The notes under the pieces: model-generated
Databases searched by the model: none
Seen by the model: only the letters and a program-made list of their open reading frames with translations
What the model was told of the DNA's origin: nothing
Program-made: the position numbers and the translations under genes
Shown: positions 9,089-18,038 of the stretch, one piece after another
Position numbering within the stretch: the first letter of the stretch is position 1
How the letters are laid out: each line of letters opens with the position of its first letter
NCBI GenBank assembly: GCA_035711865.1
Contig: DASTBT010000004.1
Coordinates: 6,439-70,438, forward strand
DNA from: Actinomycetota bacterium
Lineage (GTDB): Bacteria; Actinomycetota; UBA4738; HRBIN12
Direction of reading: 5' to 3'
DNA length: 64,000 nucleotides

Positions 9089-9897
9089 TCACGCGGCGAG
9101 AGCGATCGGATCGCCACGCTCCGCGCGCGAGGCGACGGTTGCCGCCAGCCAGGTCGTGACCGGCATCGCTGCGACGAGTCCGATCGAGCCGACCAGGTGC
9201 GGACGATCTCTGTCGCCAGGATCTCGCTTCCGACGAGCTGTCCGAGGGGCTGACCCGAGAGCTGGAACAGGATCAGCAGCGGGAGCGATGCGCCCGCGTA
9301 CGCGAGTGCGAGCGTGTTGACGATCGAGCCGACGTGGTCCCGGCCGACGCGCATCCCCGATCTGAACAGCCCTCGGGCGTCGAGCTCGGGATCGGCGGCC
9401 CGGATCTCCCAGACGCCCGACGTCTGCGTGACCGCGACATCGTCGATCGCACCGAGCGCCCCGATCACGATGCCGGCGAGCAACAGGCCGGCGAGATCGA
9501 TCTCGACGGCTTGGACGATGAAGGCGGACTCCGACGCAAGGCGCGAGAGTCTGGCGAGCGGCGTCCAGATCGATGACAGCACCAGGATCAGACCGACCCC
9601 GGTGAGCGTGCCGAGCACGGCGACAGTGGTGTGTCCCCTGAACCCGCGAGCCAGATAGAGCACGACGAACCCGATCGCGCCGGCCCCGATCGAGGCGACG
9701 AGGATCGGCGAGCTGCCTTCGAGGATCGCCGGGATCACGAAGGCGAGCAGGATCACCACCGAGACCGCGAGCCCCACTAATGCCGCGAGTCCCAGCAGGC
9801 GTCCGAGCAGCACGACCAGACCACCGAATATCAGGGCCAGCCAGAGCTGAGACGGGGAGCGGATCCGATCGAGAAGCCGTAAGGTACTCTCGGGATC
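9089..9897 (-). pseudogene. YibE/F family membrane protein, reading frame interrupted (frameshift near 9195; N-terminal domain in another frame up to ~10157)
   Basis: The core 6-TM region (LGLAALVG…AIDDVAVTQTSGVWEI…LALAYAGASLPLLILF…SEILATEIVRT) is intact. After 'IVRT' the frame decays to WSARSDSSQRCRS, while the +2 frame gives the expected LVGSIGLVAAMPVTTWLAATVASRAERGDPIALAA* with a stop at 9089. No start codon lies upstream; the N-terminal soluble segment (ORF 9831-10157) is in a different frame. Confidence 0.5.
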
Positions 9898-10419
9898 TCA
9901 GCGGGCGGTCGCTCCAGCAGGGCCTCTTCGTCGACGGCGAGATCGGGCGACGAAGGGATGTCCGGCAATTCGAGCCTCACCCTCATGCCTCGATCGGGTC
10001 CCTCCCTGACGAAGAGAGCGATGCCCCTGCAGCTGGGTGCGCCCAGGGCAGTTGACGGCGCCGCCCCTTGGCCCCCAGCTGCACCGGTCGTGGAACCGCA
10101 GGGAGCGATCTCGATGGAGGAGACCCTGGCCGGCACGATCTCGCCCCTGCGGAGCACCTCGGCGCTGTTGGAGCGCTCGAGCTCACCCGGCCAACAGCAG
10201 CACCATCCCCGCGGCGATCGTGGTCGCGATCGCGATGATCAGTCCGGTCAGCACTGGATCCGCCGACGTCCGATGTTCGGTGTGAGCCACACCGCCAACG
10301 TAATGGCCGCTCATCCACGATGCATCTACCTAGGACCTTCTCCGCAGCGGTGAGTACGTAGCTCCTCGCGATCGACCTCAAGCGAGCCCCCCTCGCTCGC
10401 CGACACGCCAGGCACATGG

Positions 10420-11235
10420 ATGCGCAGGAAGCGGAGAAAACGGATGATGCAGGGGGGAACGGCGCAAAGGGTCCTGGCGATCGGTGTGGCAGGTTGCGTC
10501 CTGCTGGCGGGCCTGATCGCCGCTGCCAACGCGGAGTCGTCGGTCAAGGTCGCGCTGCGACAGAAGCACGACATCCAGGCCCGGATCGACGAGCTCCATG
10601 AGACGCGCCGCGTCCGTCGGGTCGAACTGCACCAGCGGATCAAGAAGGCGCAGGCCCTGCTCCGCGACGCACCGGGCGTCTCTAGGGTCGGAGATCAGGA
10701 GCGGGTGCGAGAGTTCCGTCAGCGTCAGCTCAAGGAGATCGCGAAGGCCCGTGCTCGCGAGCGCCGGCTGATCAAGAACATCCGCAAGCGGGTGCTGGTA
10801 CTCCGAGCGAAGCGATACGACATCGCTTCATGGATCGCCTCCTTGCCGCTGCAGCGCTGTCCCGTGGCGGGATCCCCGGTCGTGTCCGACAACTTCGGAG
10901 TGATCCGAGAGATGCCGGGAACGCCGCGGCACATCCACCAAGGCAACGACATCATGGCGCCGACCGGGACCCCGATCGTGGCCCCGTTCGACGGCGAGGC
11001 CGTCGCAGGCCAAAACTACCTCGGCGGCCAGTCCGTGCACGTGTACGGCGCGGCCGGCTACGTCTACAACGCTCATCTCTCCTCGTACGGCAAGCTGGGA
11101 GCCGTGGAGGCCGGCGACGTGATCGGATACGTGGGGGTCACCGGGAACGCGACGGCCCCGCACAACCACTTCGAATGGCATCCGGGGGACGGGCCCGCGG
11201 TCGATCCGTTCCAGTTCCTCGTCGTGGTGTGCTGA
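10420..11235 (+). CDS. M23 family metallopeptidase (LytM domain) with signal peptide and coiled-coil region
   Basis: HQGNDIMAPTGTPIVAPFDGEAV … GDVIGYVGVTGNATAPHNHFEWHP (HxxxD / HxH zinc motifs). N-terminal hydrophobic signal. Confidence 0.85.
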   Translation: MRRKRRKRMMQGGTAQRVLAIGVAGCVLLAGLIAAANAESSVKVALRQKHDIQARIDELHETRRVRRVELHQRIKKAQALLRDAPGVSRVGDQERVREFRQRQLKEIAKARARERRLIKNIRKRVLVLRAKRYDIASWIASLPLQRCPVAGSPVVSDNFGVIREMPGTPRHIHQGNDIMAPTGTPIVAPFDGEAVAGQNYLGGQSVHVYGAAGYVYNAHLSSYGKLGAVEAGDVIGYVGVTGNATAPHNHFEWHPGDGPAVDPFQFLVVVC

Positions 11236-11386
11236 TCGTCGAGACGACCGACTACGTGCAGGCACGACAGGTGCCGATCAGGCCCAGGCGATGGCGGACC
11301 TGGGCGAACCCGCTGCGCTTGGCGAGCCGGTCGGCCGTGCGGTCCATCGTGGACTCGACGTGCGAGGGGATCGCACGTCTTCCACC
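11180..11386. repeat. direct repeat copy 1 (~207 bp, ~90% identical to 11848-12057)
   Basis: By eye, 11201-11386 aligns base for base with 11871-12057 with scattered mismatches and a 1-nt indel, and weaker similarity extends ~20 nt further upstream. It contains the intact 3' end of the M23 gene and a decayed copy of the zur 3' end. Confidence 0.8.
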
Positions 11387-11847
11387 ATGGGCTTCGGTAG
11401 GTGGACATCCACGAGAACCTCACGCAAGCGCAGATCCGTCGCTCCCCGCAGGTCTCCCAACCGCGGCTGATCTTCGAGCACCCGAAGACGGCCTAGCGGG
11501 AACGCTAGACCTCTCGGCTCGGTGGCGGCCGCCGGGTCACCACGTCGTCGTCGATCGTGTCGAGGACGGCCGATGCACCCCGACTAACTCACCTGAACGT
11601 CGTATCGATCTCGTTAGGTCGAGGGCTTTCGAAGCTGTGGTTCCAAGACCTGCGCCACGCGCATGCCACGCTGATGCACTCCAGGGCGGCCGCCCCAACG
11701 ACGACCCGCCCGCTTGGAAGTCGCCCTGCTCAGCTGCGCCGAGTAAAGCCTGATGAGTCCTGCCGCGCCAAGCACGTATAGGGCCGACTCACTCATGCAG
11801 CGGGCACACATCTCGTAGAGGATACGGCGGCGGCGCCATCCTAGGCT
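11387..11847. mobile_element. remnant of an integrated element (lower-GC insert with integrase fragment) between the direct repeats
   Basis: GC is visibly lower than the surroundings (e.g. ctaactcacctgaacgtcgtatcgatctcgttaggtcgagggctttcgaagctgtggttcc). It is bounded by the two repeat copies and carries the recombinase-like ORF 11557-11781. Confidence 0.45.
11557..11781 (+). pseudogene. C-terminal fragment of a tyrosine-type site-specific recombinase/integrase
   Basis: The translation …LSKLWFQDLRHAHATLMHSRAA… matches the catalytic box II (HxLRHtxAtxl) of phage-type integrases. Only ~70 codons remain, and no N-terminal/core-binding domain is upstream. Confidence 0.4.
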
Positions 11848-12057
11848 AGCCCCGGGGAAACGGGCTCGCGCTCGATCCGTTCCAGTTCTCTCTGTGGTGG
11901 GCTGATCGCCGGGACGACCGACTACGCGCAGGCGCGACAGGTGCCGATCAGGTCCAGGCGGTGGCGGACCTGGGCGAACCCGCTGCGTTTGGCGAGCCGG
12001 TCGGCCGTTCGGTCCACGGTGGACTCGACGTGCGAGGGGATCGTGACGTCTTCCACC
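11848..12057. repeat. direct repeat copy 2
   Basis: See copy 1. It contains the intact 3' end of the Fur-family gene and a decayed copy of the M23 3' end (…DPFQFSLWWAD). Confidence 0.8.
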
Positions 12058-12365
12058 TTGCCGCAGTTCGAGCAGATCAGGTGGTGATGGTGCTCGGTGA
12101 GCTCCTCGGTGAGCTCGAACCGGGCGAACCCCTCCTCGGTGATCACACGACGCACGACCCCCGCCTGCTCCAGCACCGCGAGGTTCCGGTAGACGGAGCT
12201 CTGCGGGCCGGTGCGCGCCCGGACGATCTCGGCTGTCGACAGCGGCTTCCGAGCTCCCTCGAGCACGGCGACGAGCTCCTGGCGCTGCGTCGTGAAGCGC
12301 TGCCCGACGCCACGGAGCCTGCTGGTCACCGCGGCGTGCAGATCGGTGGTCACGGGCCGAATCAT
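11922..12365 (-). CDS. zur: Fur family transcriptional regulator, probable zinc uptake regulator
   Basis: 147 aa with HHHHLICSNCG and a C-terminal CRAC Zn-site motif. The start codon overlaps the znuB stop (ATGA), and it is the last gene of the znuACB operon. The upstream 220 codons of the ORF are junk. Confidence 0.75.
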   Translation of the reverse strand: MIRPVTTDLHAAVTSRLRGVGQRFTTQRQELVAVLEGARKPLSTAEIVRARTGPQSSVYRNLAVLEQAGVVRRVITEEGFARFELTEELTEHHHHLICSNCGKVEDVTIPSHVESTVDRTADRLAKRSGFAQVRHRLDLIGTCRACA

Positions 12366-13198
12366 ACGTCCGCCTCGACCGTGCCACGGATGCGATGGGC
12401 CGACCTCGATGCGATCGAAACGACCACGAACACACCGGCGGCGACCAGCACGATCGTGCCGCTGGGAGCGGAGCCGGCCACGCGCGACACGCCGAGCCCG
12501 GCGATCGACGCGCCAATCCCGATCGCGATCGAGATCGCGAGTGCGCCTTTGAACGAACGGGCGACCATCTGGGCGGCGGCGACGGGCAGCACCATCATGG
12601 CCGCGACGAGCAGGATCCCCACGATCTGCATCGCGGCCACGACCGCGACGGCCGTGAGCACCGCGAGCAGGAGGTTCAGGGCACGGACCGGCACGCCTGC
12701 CACCTGCGACCACTCCTCGTCGGTGACGACGGAGAACAGGGCTCGCCGCAACGCGACCACCGTGAGCACGATGCCCAGGCCGAGGCCCACGATCGATCGG
12801 ACCTCGCTGGGATGCACGGTGAGTGGCGCGCCGAACAGATAGGCGAACACGTCGGCCGACAGCCCGCCTCCGAGCGAGATCAACACGACCCCGAGCGCGA
12901 TGCCCGAGTAGAAGACGATGGCGAGCGCGACGTCGCCCGACGTGCGGCGGCGTGCGCGGAACCACTCGATACCGAGCGAGCCCGCGACCGCGAACGCGAG
13001 CGCCGTCCACAGCGGCGCCCATCCGACGAGCAGCCCGGCCCCGACCCCGGCGAACGCCACGTGCCCGATGCCGTCGCCGATCAGCGAGAGACGCTTCTGC
13101 ACGAGGAAGACCCCGATCGCCGGCGCGAAGGCACCGACCGCGACGCAGGCGAGGAGCGCCCGCTGCATGAAGCCCAGCTCGAACGGGAACGGAAGCAT
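12362..13198 (-). CDS. znuB: metal (zinc) ABC transporter permease
   Basis: 278 aa, 8-9 TM helices, typical ZnuB/TroCD sequence (FMQRALLACVAVGAFAPAIGVFLVQKRLSLIGDGIGHVAFAG). Confidence 0.85.
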   Translation of the reverse strand: MLPFPFELGFMQRALLACVAVGAFAPAIGVFLVQKRLSLIGDGIGHVAFAGVGAGLLVGWAPLWTALAFAVAGSLGIEWFRARRRTSGDVALAIVFYSGIALGVVLISLGGGLSADVFAYLFGAPLTVHPSEVRSIVGLGLGIVLTVVALRRALFSVVTDEEWSQVAGVPVRALNLLLAVLTAVAVVAAMQIVGILLVAAMMVLPVAAAQMVARSFKGALAISIAIGIGASIAGLGVSRVAGSAPSGTIVLVAAGVFVVVSIASRSAHRIRGTVEADV

Positions 13199-13212
13199 GA
13201 GATCGGCGACGA

Positions 13213-14019
13213 TCACGAGAGCTGCTCCAGCCAGATCGGCAGGTCCTCCGGGTGGACGCCGAGGCTGCCGACGCCTCGCGCGGCGAGGTCGGCCGGCCGC
13301 CCGTCGAAGAGCACCCGCTGCTTCAGCACGATCACGCGGTCGACGTCGTCGGCCACCGCAGAGAGCTCGTGCGACACCAGCAGCACACCGGCGCCGTGCT
13401 CCCTGATCAGGTGCACGAGGGAATCCCGGAACAGACGTTGCGACGCCGCATCGACCCCCGCGATGGGCTCGTCGAGCACGAGGAGCGACGGCTCGCTCGC
13501 GAACGCTCGAGCGATGAAGGCGCGCTGCTGCTGGCCCCCGGAGAGCGCGTTCACAGGACGACGCGAGAGCTCGGACAGTCCGACGGAGGCGATCGCGTGG
13601 CCGACCTCGTCTCGATCCGTGCGCGACAGCGGGCGCCACCACCGCCCGTCGGTGAGTCGGCCGGCGGCGACGATCTCACGCACCGTCGCCGGGAGCTCGG
13701 AGCTCAGGTTCGGACGCTGCGGAACGTAGCCCAGCCGGCCGCGCCGATGAACCGAGCGAGGAGGTCGTCCGAAGAGGCGGGCGGCGCCCGTGAGCGGCTC
13801 GAGCGACCCGAGCAACAGCTTCACCAGGGTGGACTTGCCCGATCCGTTCGGGCCGACGAGCGCAACGAACTCCCCGGCCCGCACGGAGAGATCGACGTCG
13901 TCGATCACGAGGTCGCGGCCGTAGGCGAAGCTCAAGCCCTCGGCGCCGAGCAGGTCCTCCCGGGGAGAGGCATCCTCAGGTGCGCGGCCGCGTGGCGTCT
14001 CAGGCGCAGTCGAGTCCAT
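13213..14019 (-). CDS. znuC: metal (zinc) ABC transporter ATP-binding protein
   Basis: Walker A GPNGSGKST, signature LSGGQQQR, Walker B LLVLDEP. Confidence 0.9.
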   Translation of the reverse strand: MDSTAPETPRGRAPEDASPREDLLGAEGLSFAYGRDLVIDDVDLSVRAGEFVALVGPNGSGKSTLVKLLLGSLEPLTGAARLFGRPPRSVHRRGRLGYVPQRPNLSSELPATVREIVAAGRLTDGRWWRPLSRTDRDEVGHAIASVGLSELSRRPVNALSGGQQQRAFIARAFASEPSLLVLDEPIAGVDAASQRLFRDSLVHLIREHGAGVLLVSHELSAVADDVDRVIVLKQRVLFDGRPADLAARGVGSLGVHPEDLPIWLEQLS

Positions 14020-14908
14020 CTCGCAGCGTCTCCAGGTTGCGTCGCATCACGGACATGTAGTCGTCACCGGCCGCGAGCTGGTCCTCGGTCAGCCCCTCGA
14101 GGGAGCTCAACACCGCGGTTCCGACACCGGCTTCGGCGGCAAGCGTCTCGGCGGTCTCGGGGGAGACGAGATCTTCGGTGAAGATCGTCGTCACGCCCGC
14201 CGCCCGTACCTCGGCCGCCAACGTCGCGAGGCGCCTGGGGTCAGGCTCGGATGCGGGCGAGAGCCCTGCGATCGGTTCCTGATCGAGGGCGTAGGCGGCC
14301 GCGAGGTACCCGAAGGCAGCGTGGCTGGTGATCATGACCCTCGTGGCGCAGTCGGCGAGGCCATCCCGGAACTCACGATCGAGGGCCGAGAGACGACGCC
14401 GGGATGCCACCGCGGCTTCGTCGAAGCGCGCACCCTCGGCGGCATCGCCCGTTCGTCGCAGCGCGGCCGCCACCCGGTCGCCGATGTCCGCGTAGATCGC
14501 GGGATCGAGCCACACGTGCGGATCTCCGTCGAGGCCATCGCCATCGCCGCCCTCGGTCGGCGGAAGGAGGTCGACACCTTCGAGCGCGTCGACCACGATG
14601 CCGGTCGCGGCGGCGTCGACCGCCTCCTCGACCGCGGGCTGGAACCCGCCCCTCGCGATGATCACGACGTCGGCGTCGGCGATCGCCTCCAGATCGGCAG
14701 GGGTGAGCTCGAGGTCGTGCGGCTCGACTCCCGGCGGCGTGAGGTTCGCCACCGCCACATCGCCGCCGCCGACCTGCTCGGCCAGGTGAGCCAGGGGATA
14801 GAAGCTCGCGACGACCGCGATGGAGTCGCCGGAAGCACCGCTCGACCGCGCATCGCCCGAACAGCTCACCGTCGCGAGGATGAGAACAAGACTGAGAATC
14901 GCTCTCAT
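14000..14908 (-). CDS. znuA: metal (zinc) ABC transporter substrate-binding lipoprotein (TroA/ZnuA cluster-9 family)
   Basis: Lipoprotein signal with lipobox (…LILATVSCSG). Acidic flexible loop (EGGDGDGLDGDPHVW) with metal-binding His residues. The stop overlaps the znuC start. Confidence 0.85.
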   Translation of the reverse strand: MRAILSLVLILATVSCSGDARSSGASGDSIAVVASFYPLAHLAEQVGGGDVAVANLTPPGVEPHDLELTPADLEAIADADVVIIARGGFQPAVEEAVDAAATGIVVDALEGVDLLPPTEGGDGDGLDGDPHVWLDPAIYADIGDRVAAALRRTGDAAEGARFDEAAVASRRRLSALDREFRDGLADCATRVMITSHAAFGYLAAAYALDQEPIAGLSPASEPDPRRLATLAAEVRAAGVTTIFTEDLVSPETAETLAAEAGVGTAVLSSLEGLTEDQLAAGDDYMSVMRRNLETLRDGLDCA

Positions 14909-14946
14909 GGCTGGGGGCGCAGATTACGGCCGTCGTCCCGAATCCG

Positions 14947-15903
14947 TCAACGCCGGGAACGACGCTCGCCTGGCAGCCGCACCACGCCTCGCTCGTGGCC
15001 CTCCACGGCGGCACGCGACGCGGCGACGACGCCGTCCCCGTGGAGCCCGCGCACCGCGTCACGCAGCCGACCTGCCGGTTCTCCCGTCTCCCGCGACAAT
15101 CCCGCAAGGGTGCGAGGCGAGCGCTCCCGCAGCGCCGCCAGGACCCGGCCGCGTGTCTGCCGGAGCGATCCCTCGAACCGCGGGGCCCGGCGGACTGCCG
15201 CCCGGCCGGTGCGGCCGGCCGTGGCGAAGGCACACCAGGGCCGAAGCGGGCACTCGTTGCATCGAGGGCGCGGGCGACACACCTCGCGCCCGAGATCCAT
15301 GACGGCCTGGTTCCAGTCGGCGGAGCGCCGGGGGTCGAGCCATGCAGCAGCGGCCTCGGCGAGCGCCCGAGCCGCAACCTCGTCGGGCTCCTCGGCGTGA
15401 TCGACACGCGCCCAGACGCGGCGCACGTTGGTCTCGACCACCGCCACGGGGACCCCGTACGCCAGGCTCGCGACGGCGGCCGCCGTGTACGGGCCGACAC
15501 CGGGAAGGGCCTGCAGGGCATCCCGATCGCCAGGAACGACGCCGCCGTGACACGCGACGATCTCCTGGGCTGCTCGATGCAGCGCGACCGCCCGGCGCGG
15601 ATATCCGAGGCGTCCCCACGCCCGAAGCACGTCGGCCCCGGTCGAGGCTGCGAGGTCGCCCACCGTGGGGAAACGCTCCATGAACGTCTGGAACGCAGGA
15701 ACCACCCGGCGTGCCTGGGTCTGTTGCAGCATGAACTCGCTCGTCAGCACCGCGTACGGATCGGGGAACCGGCCCCGGCGAGCGGGGATCCGCCAGGGAT
15801 AGCTCCGGCGCCTCGGCCGGTACCACGCGAGCAAGGCTTCCCGCGCCGGATCGCGCGGGCTAGGCTGCTGAGGGTGCACGATCGGGGGATCGGAGGGCCG
15901 CAT
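14947..15903 (-). CDS. mutY: A/G-specific adenine DNA glycosylase (HhH-GPD family, 4Fe-4S)
   Basis: LLAWYRPRRRSYPWR…DPYAVLTSEFMLQQTQARRVVPAFQTFMERFPTV…LPGVGPYTAAAV… matches E. coli MutY. The Fe-S loop is CRPRPRCNECPLRPWC. The start is ambiguous: ATG at 15903 overlaps the CBS-gene ATG, and an in-frame GTG at 15879 is an alternative. Confidence 0.8.
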   Translation of the reverse strand: MRPSDPPIVHPQQPSPRDPAREALLAWYRPRRRSYPWRIPARRGRFPDPYAVLTSEFMLQQTQARRVVPAFQTFMERFPTVGDLAASTGADVLRAWGRLGYPRRAVALHRAAQEIVACHGGVVPGDRDALQALPGVGPYTAAAVASLAYGVPVAVVETNVRRVWARVDHAEEPDEVAARALAEAAAAWLDPRRSADWNQAVMDLGREVCRPRPRCNECPLRPWCAFATAGRTGRAAVRRAPRFEGSLRQTRGRVLAALRERSPRTLAGLSRETGEPAGRLRDAVRGLHGDGVVAASRAAVEGHERGVVRLPGERRSRR

Positions 15904-16267
15904 GACCGTGATCCGTGACGTGATGAGCATCGACCTGACGACGGTCTCCCCCGGCACCACCGTCGCCGATGCGGCGACGACGATGAGCACCCACCAGGTG
16001 GGAGCCGCGCTCGTGCTCGACGGGGAGCGTCTGGTCGGCATCTTCACCGAGCGCGACGTGCTGCGAGCGGTGGGATCGGATTTCGACGCCGAGCATCACG
16101 CCGTGAGCGAGTTCATGACCAAGGACCCGAAGACGATCGGCCCCGACGTCGAGGCGCAGGAGGCTCTCGAATCGATGTTCGCGTTCGGCTTCCGTCATCT
16201 GCCGGTCGTCGATGAAGGACGCGTGGTCGGCATCGTGTCGATGCGCGACGTCACCCGTCGCGGCTGA
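15902..16267 (+). CDS. CBS domain-containing protein
   Basis: MTVIRDVMS…TVSPGTTVADAATTM…GALVLDGERLVGIFTERDVLRAV = tandem CBS motifs. GGAGGG lies 5 nt upstream of the ATG. Confidence 0.85.
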   Translation: MTVIRDVMSIDLTTVSPGTTVADAATTMSTHQVGAALVLDGERLVGIFTERDVLRAVGSDFDAEHHAVSEFMTKDPKTIGPDVEAQEALESMFAFGFRHLPVVDEGRVVGIVSMRDVTRRG

Positions 16268-16288
16268 GCCTGGCTGTCCGTCCGCACC

Positions 16289-16477
16289 TCAGAACCCGGG
16301 CTTGGCGTGGTCCGCCATCTCGTCGGCGACCGACTTGAGCGCTTCGTGCACCGAACGGAAGACGTCGGCCACGAACGTCGCCTTCTGGCCCTCGCTGCCG
16401 TCCATCGTTCCTCGCACCGCCGACGCGGTGATCTCACAGGCCTTCTCGAAGACGGCCCAATCGCTCTCGCGGGACAT
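16289..16477 (-). CDS. small hypothetical protein (62 aa)
   Basis: ATG preceded by GGAGGAGAG. Non-repetitive translation MSRESDWAVFEKACEITASAVRGTMDGSEGQKATFVADVFRSVHEALKSVADEMADHAKPGF. It sits at the C-terminal end of a much longer junk ORF. Confidence 0.4.
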   Translation of the reverse strand: MSRESDWAVFEKACEITASAVRGTMDGSEGQKATFVADVFRSVHEALKSVADEMADHAKPGF

Positions 16478-16621
16478 CCGCTCTCCTCCGTGGTGGTCGA
16501 CGGCCGGAACCCCCATGCGGCGCCGGCGAGCCCTCAGGCTACCTGAGCGCACCGGTCCGGATGCCGCCGAGGCATGAGCTTCGCGAGGGCTGCACCCTCG
16601 GTGCGCTAGGGTCATGCCCCG

Positions 16622-18037
16622 ATGCTCTTCCCCACGGTCGACTTCGCCGTGTTCTTCGCCCTGGTGTTCCTGGGCCATTGGCTGCTGAACCCGAAACCCT
16701 TGCCCTGGAAGCTGTTCATGATCGGGGCGAGCTACGTCTTCTATGCCTGGTGGGACGTGCACTTCATCTGGCTGCTCGCCGGTGTCTCGGCCATCGCTCA
16801 GGTCGGGGCGATCGGCGTCGCCCGGCAGACCAACGAGATGCGCAGGCGCATCGCCATGGTCGCCGGCGTCACGCTCACCCTGCTCCCGCTGCTCTACTTC
16901 AAGTACTACTCCTTCTTCTCGCTCAACCTCACGAACGCGGCGGCCGACCTCGGATTCCAGAACCTGGGACTGCCGCTCGTCCAGCTGATCCTGCCGGTGG
17001 GGATCTCGTTCTTCACGTTCATGGCGATCAGCTACATCGTCGACGTGTACCGGGGACACACGCACGTCGCGAGCTGGATCGACGTGTTCCTCTACCTGTC
17101 GTTCTTCCCGCACCTGGTGGCCGGTCCCATCGTGCGACCCGACGAGCTGATCCCCCAGATCGACGTGCGGCGCGACCCCCGGCACATCGATGTCGCGGGG
17201 GCATCGTGGCTGATCCTGGGCGGACTCTTCAAGAAGGTCGTCGTCTCGAGCTTCCTGGCTGCGAACGTCGTCGACCCCGTCTTCGGGGACCCCGAGTCGT
17301 ACTCGGCGATCGACGCCGCGTTCGGGATCATCGCGTACGCGATCGTGATCTACGCCGACTTCAGCGGGTATACCGATATCGCGATCGGCGTCGCCAAGAT
17401 GCTCGGGTTCCAGTTCCCGCAGAACTTCGACCGACCGTACTCCGCGCGGTCGCTGCAGGACTTCTGGCGCCGCTGGCACATCACGCTGTCGCGGTGGCTG
17501 CGCGACTACCTGTACATCCCGTTGGGGGGCTCGAAGAAGGGTGAGATTCGCACCTACGTCAACATCGTCGTCACGATGGTGCTCGGCGGCTTGTGGCACG
17601 GCGCCGCGTGGACGTTCGTGTTCTGGGGCTTCTACCACGGCGTCGGTCAGGCCATCGGAGCATGGAAGCGGACCCATGTTCCCGAGCGCCCCGAGACGGC
17701 GATGCTCGTGTGGGGCCAACGGATCGCCACGTTCTCACTGGTCTGTCTCGGGTGGGTGTTCTTCCGGGCCGACTCCATGGCCACCGCTTTCGAGCTGCTA
17801 TGGCGGCTCGTCGTCGGCTGGGGTGAGCCCACAGAGCTCGTGACCCCCCTGGTGGTCGGGACGATAGCGGGCATGCTCGCCCTGCAGTACGCGCCTCGCG
17901 AACCCGGCCTGCGCCTGCAGGAGTGGATCTCGAGGTGGCATCCGGTACCCATGGGGCTCGCCGGCGCGCTCGTTCTGTTCGTGATCGCGACGCTCGGCCC
18001 CCAGGGTGTGGCACCCTTCATCTACTTCCAGTTCTGA
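16622..18037 (+). CDS. MBOAT family membrane-bound O-acyltransferase (DltB/AlgI/PatA-like)
   Basis: Multi-TM protein with the conserved MBOAT His region (…RRWHITLSRWLRDYLYIPLGG…GGLWHGAAWTFVFWG). Confidence 0.85.
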   Translation: MLFPTVDFAVFFALVFLGHWLLNPKPLPWKLFMIGASYVFYAWWDVHFIWLLAGVSAIAQVGAIGVARQTNEMRRRIAMVAGVTLTLLPLLYFKYYSFFSLNLTNAAADLGFQNLGLPLVQLILPVGISFFTFMAISYIVDVYRGHTHVASWIDVFLYLSFFPHLVAGPIVRPDELIPQIDVRRDPRHIDVAGASWLILGGLFKKVVVSSFLAANVVDPVFGDPESYSAIDAAFGIIAYAIVIYADFSGYTDIAIGVAKMLGFQFPQNFDRPYSARSLQDFWRRWHITLSRWLRDYLYIPLGGSKKGEIRTYVNIVVTMVLGGLWHGAAWTFVFWGFYHGVGQAIGAWKRTHVPERPETAMLVWGQRIATFSLVCLGWVFFRADSMATAFELLWRLVVGWGEPTELVTPLVVGTIAGMLALQYAPREPGLRLQEWISRWHPVPMGLAGALVLFVIATLGPQGVAPFIYFQF

Positions 18038-18038
18038 G

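Noticed and set aside
12362-13642. 426-aa ORF suggesting a much longer znuB
   Set aside because: The permease family begins at MLPFPFELGFMQRAL. The upstream 148 codons are Arg/Ala-rich junk overlapping znuC in another frame.
16540-16600. Hairpin CGAGGG-ctgca-CCCTCG upstream of the MBOAT gene
   Set aside because: A 6-bp stem in >70% GC DNA is expected by chance. No flanking features suggest function.
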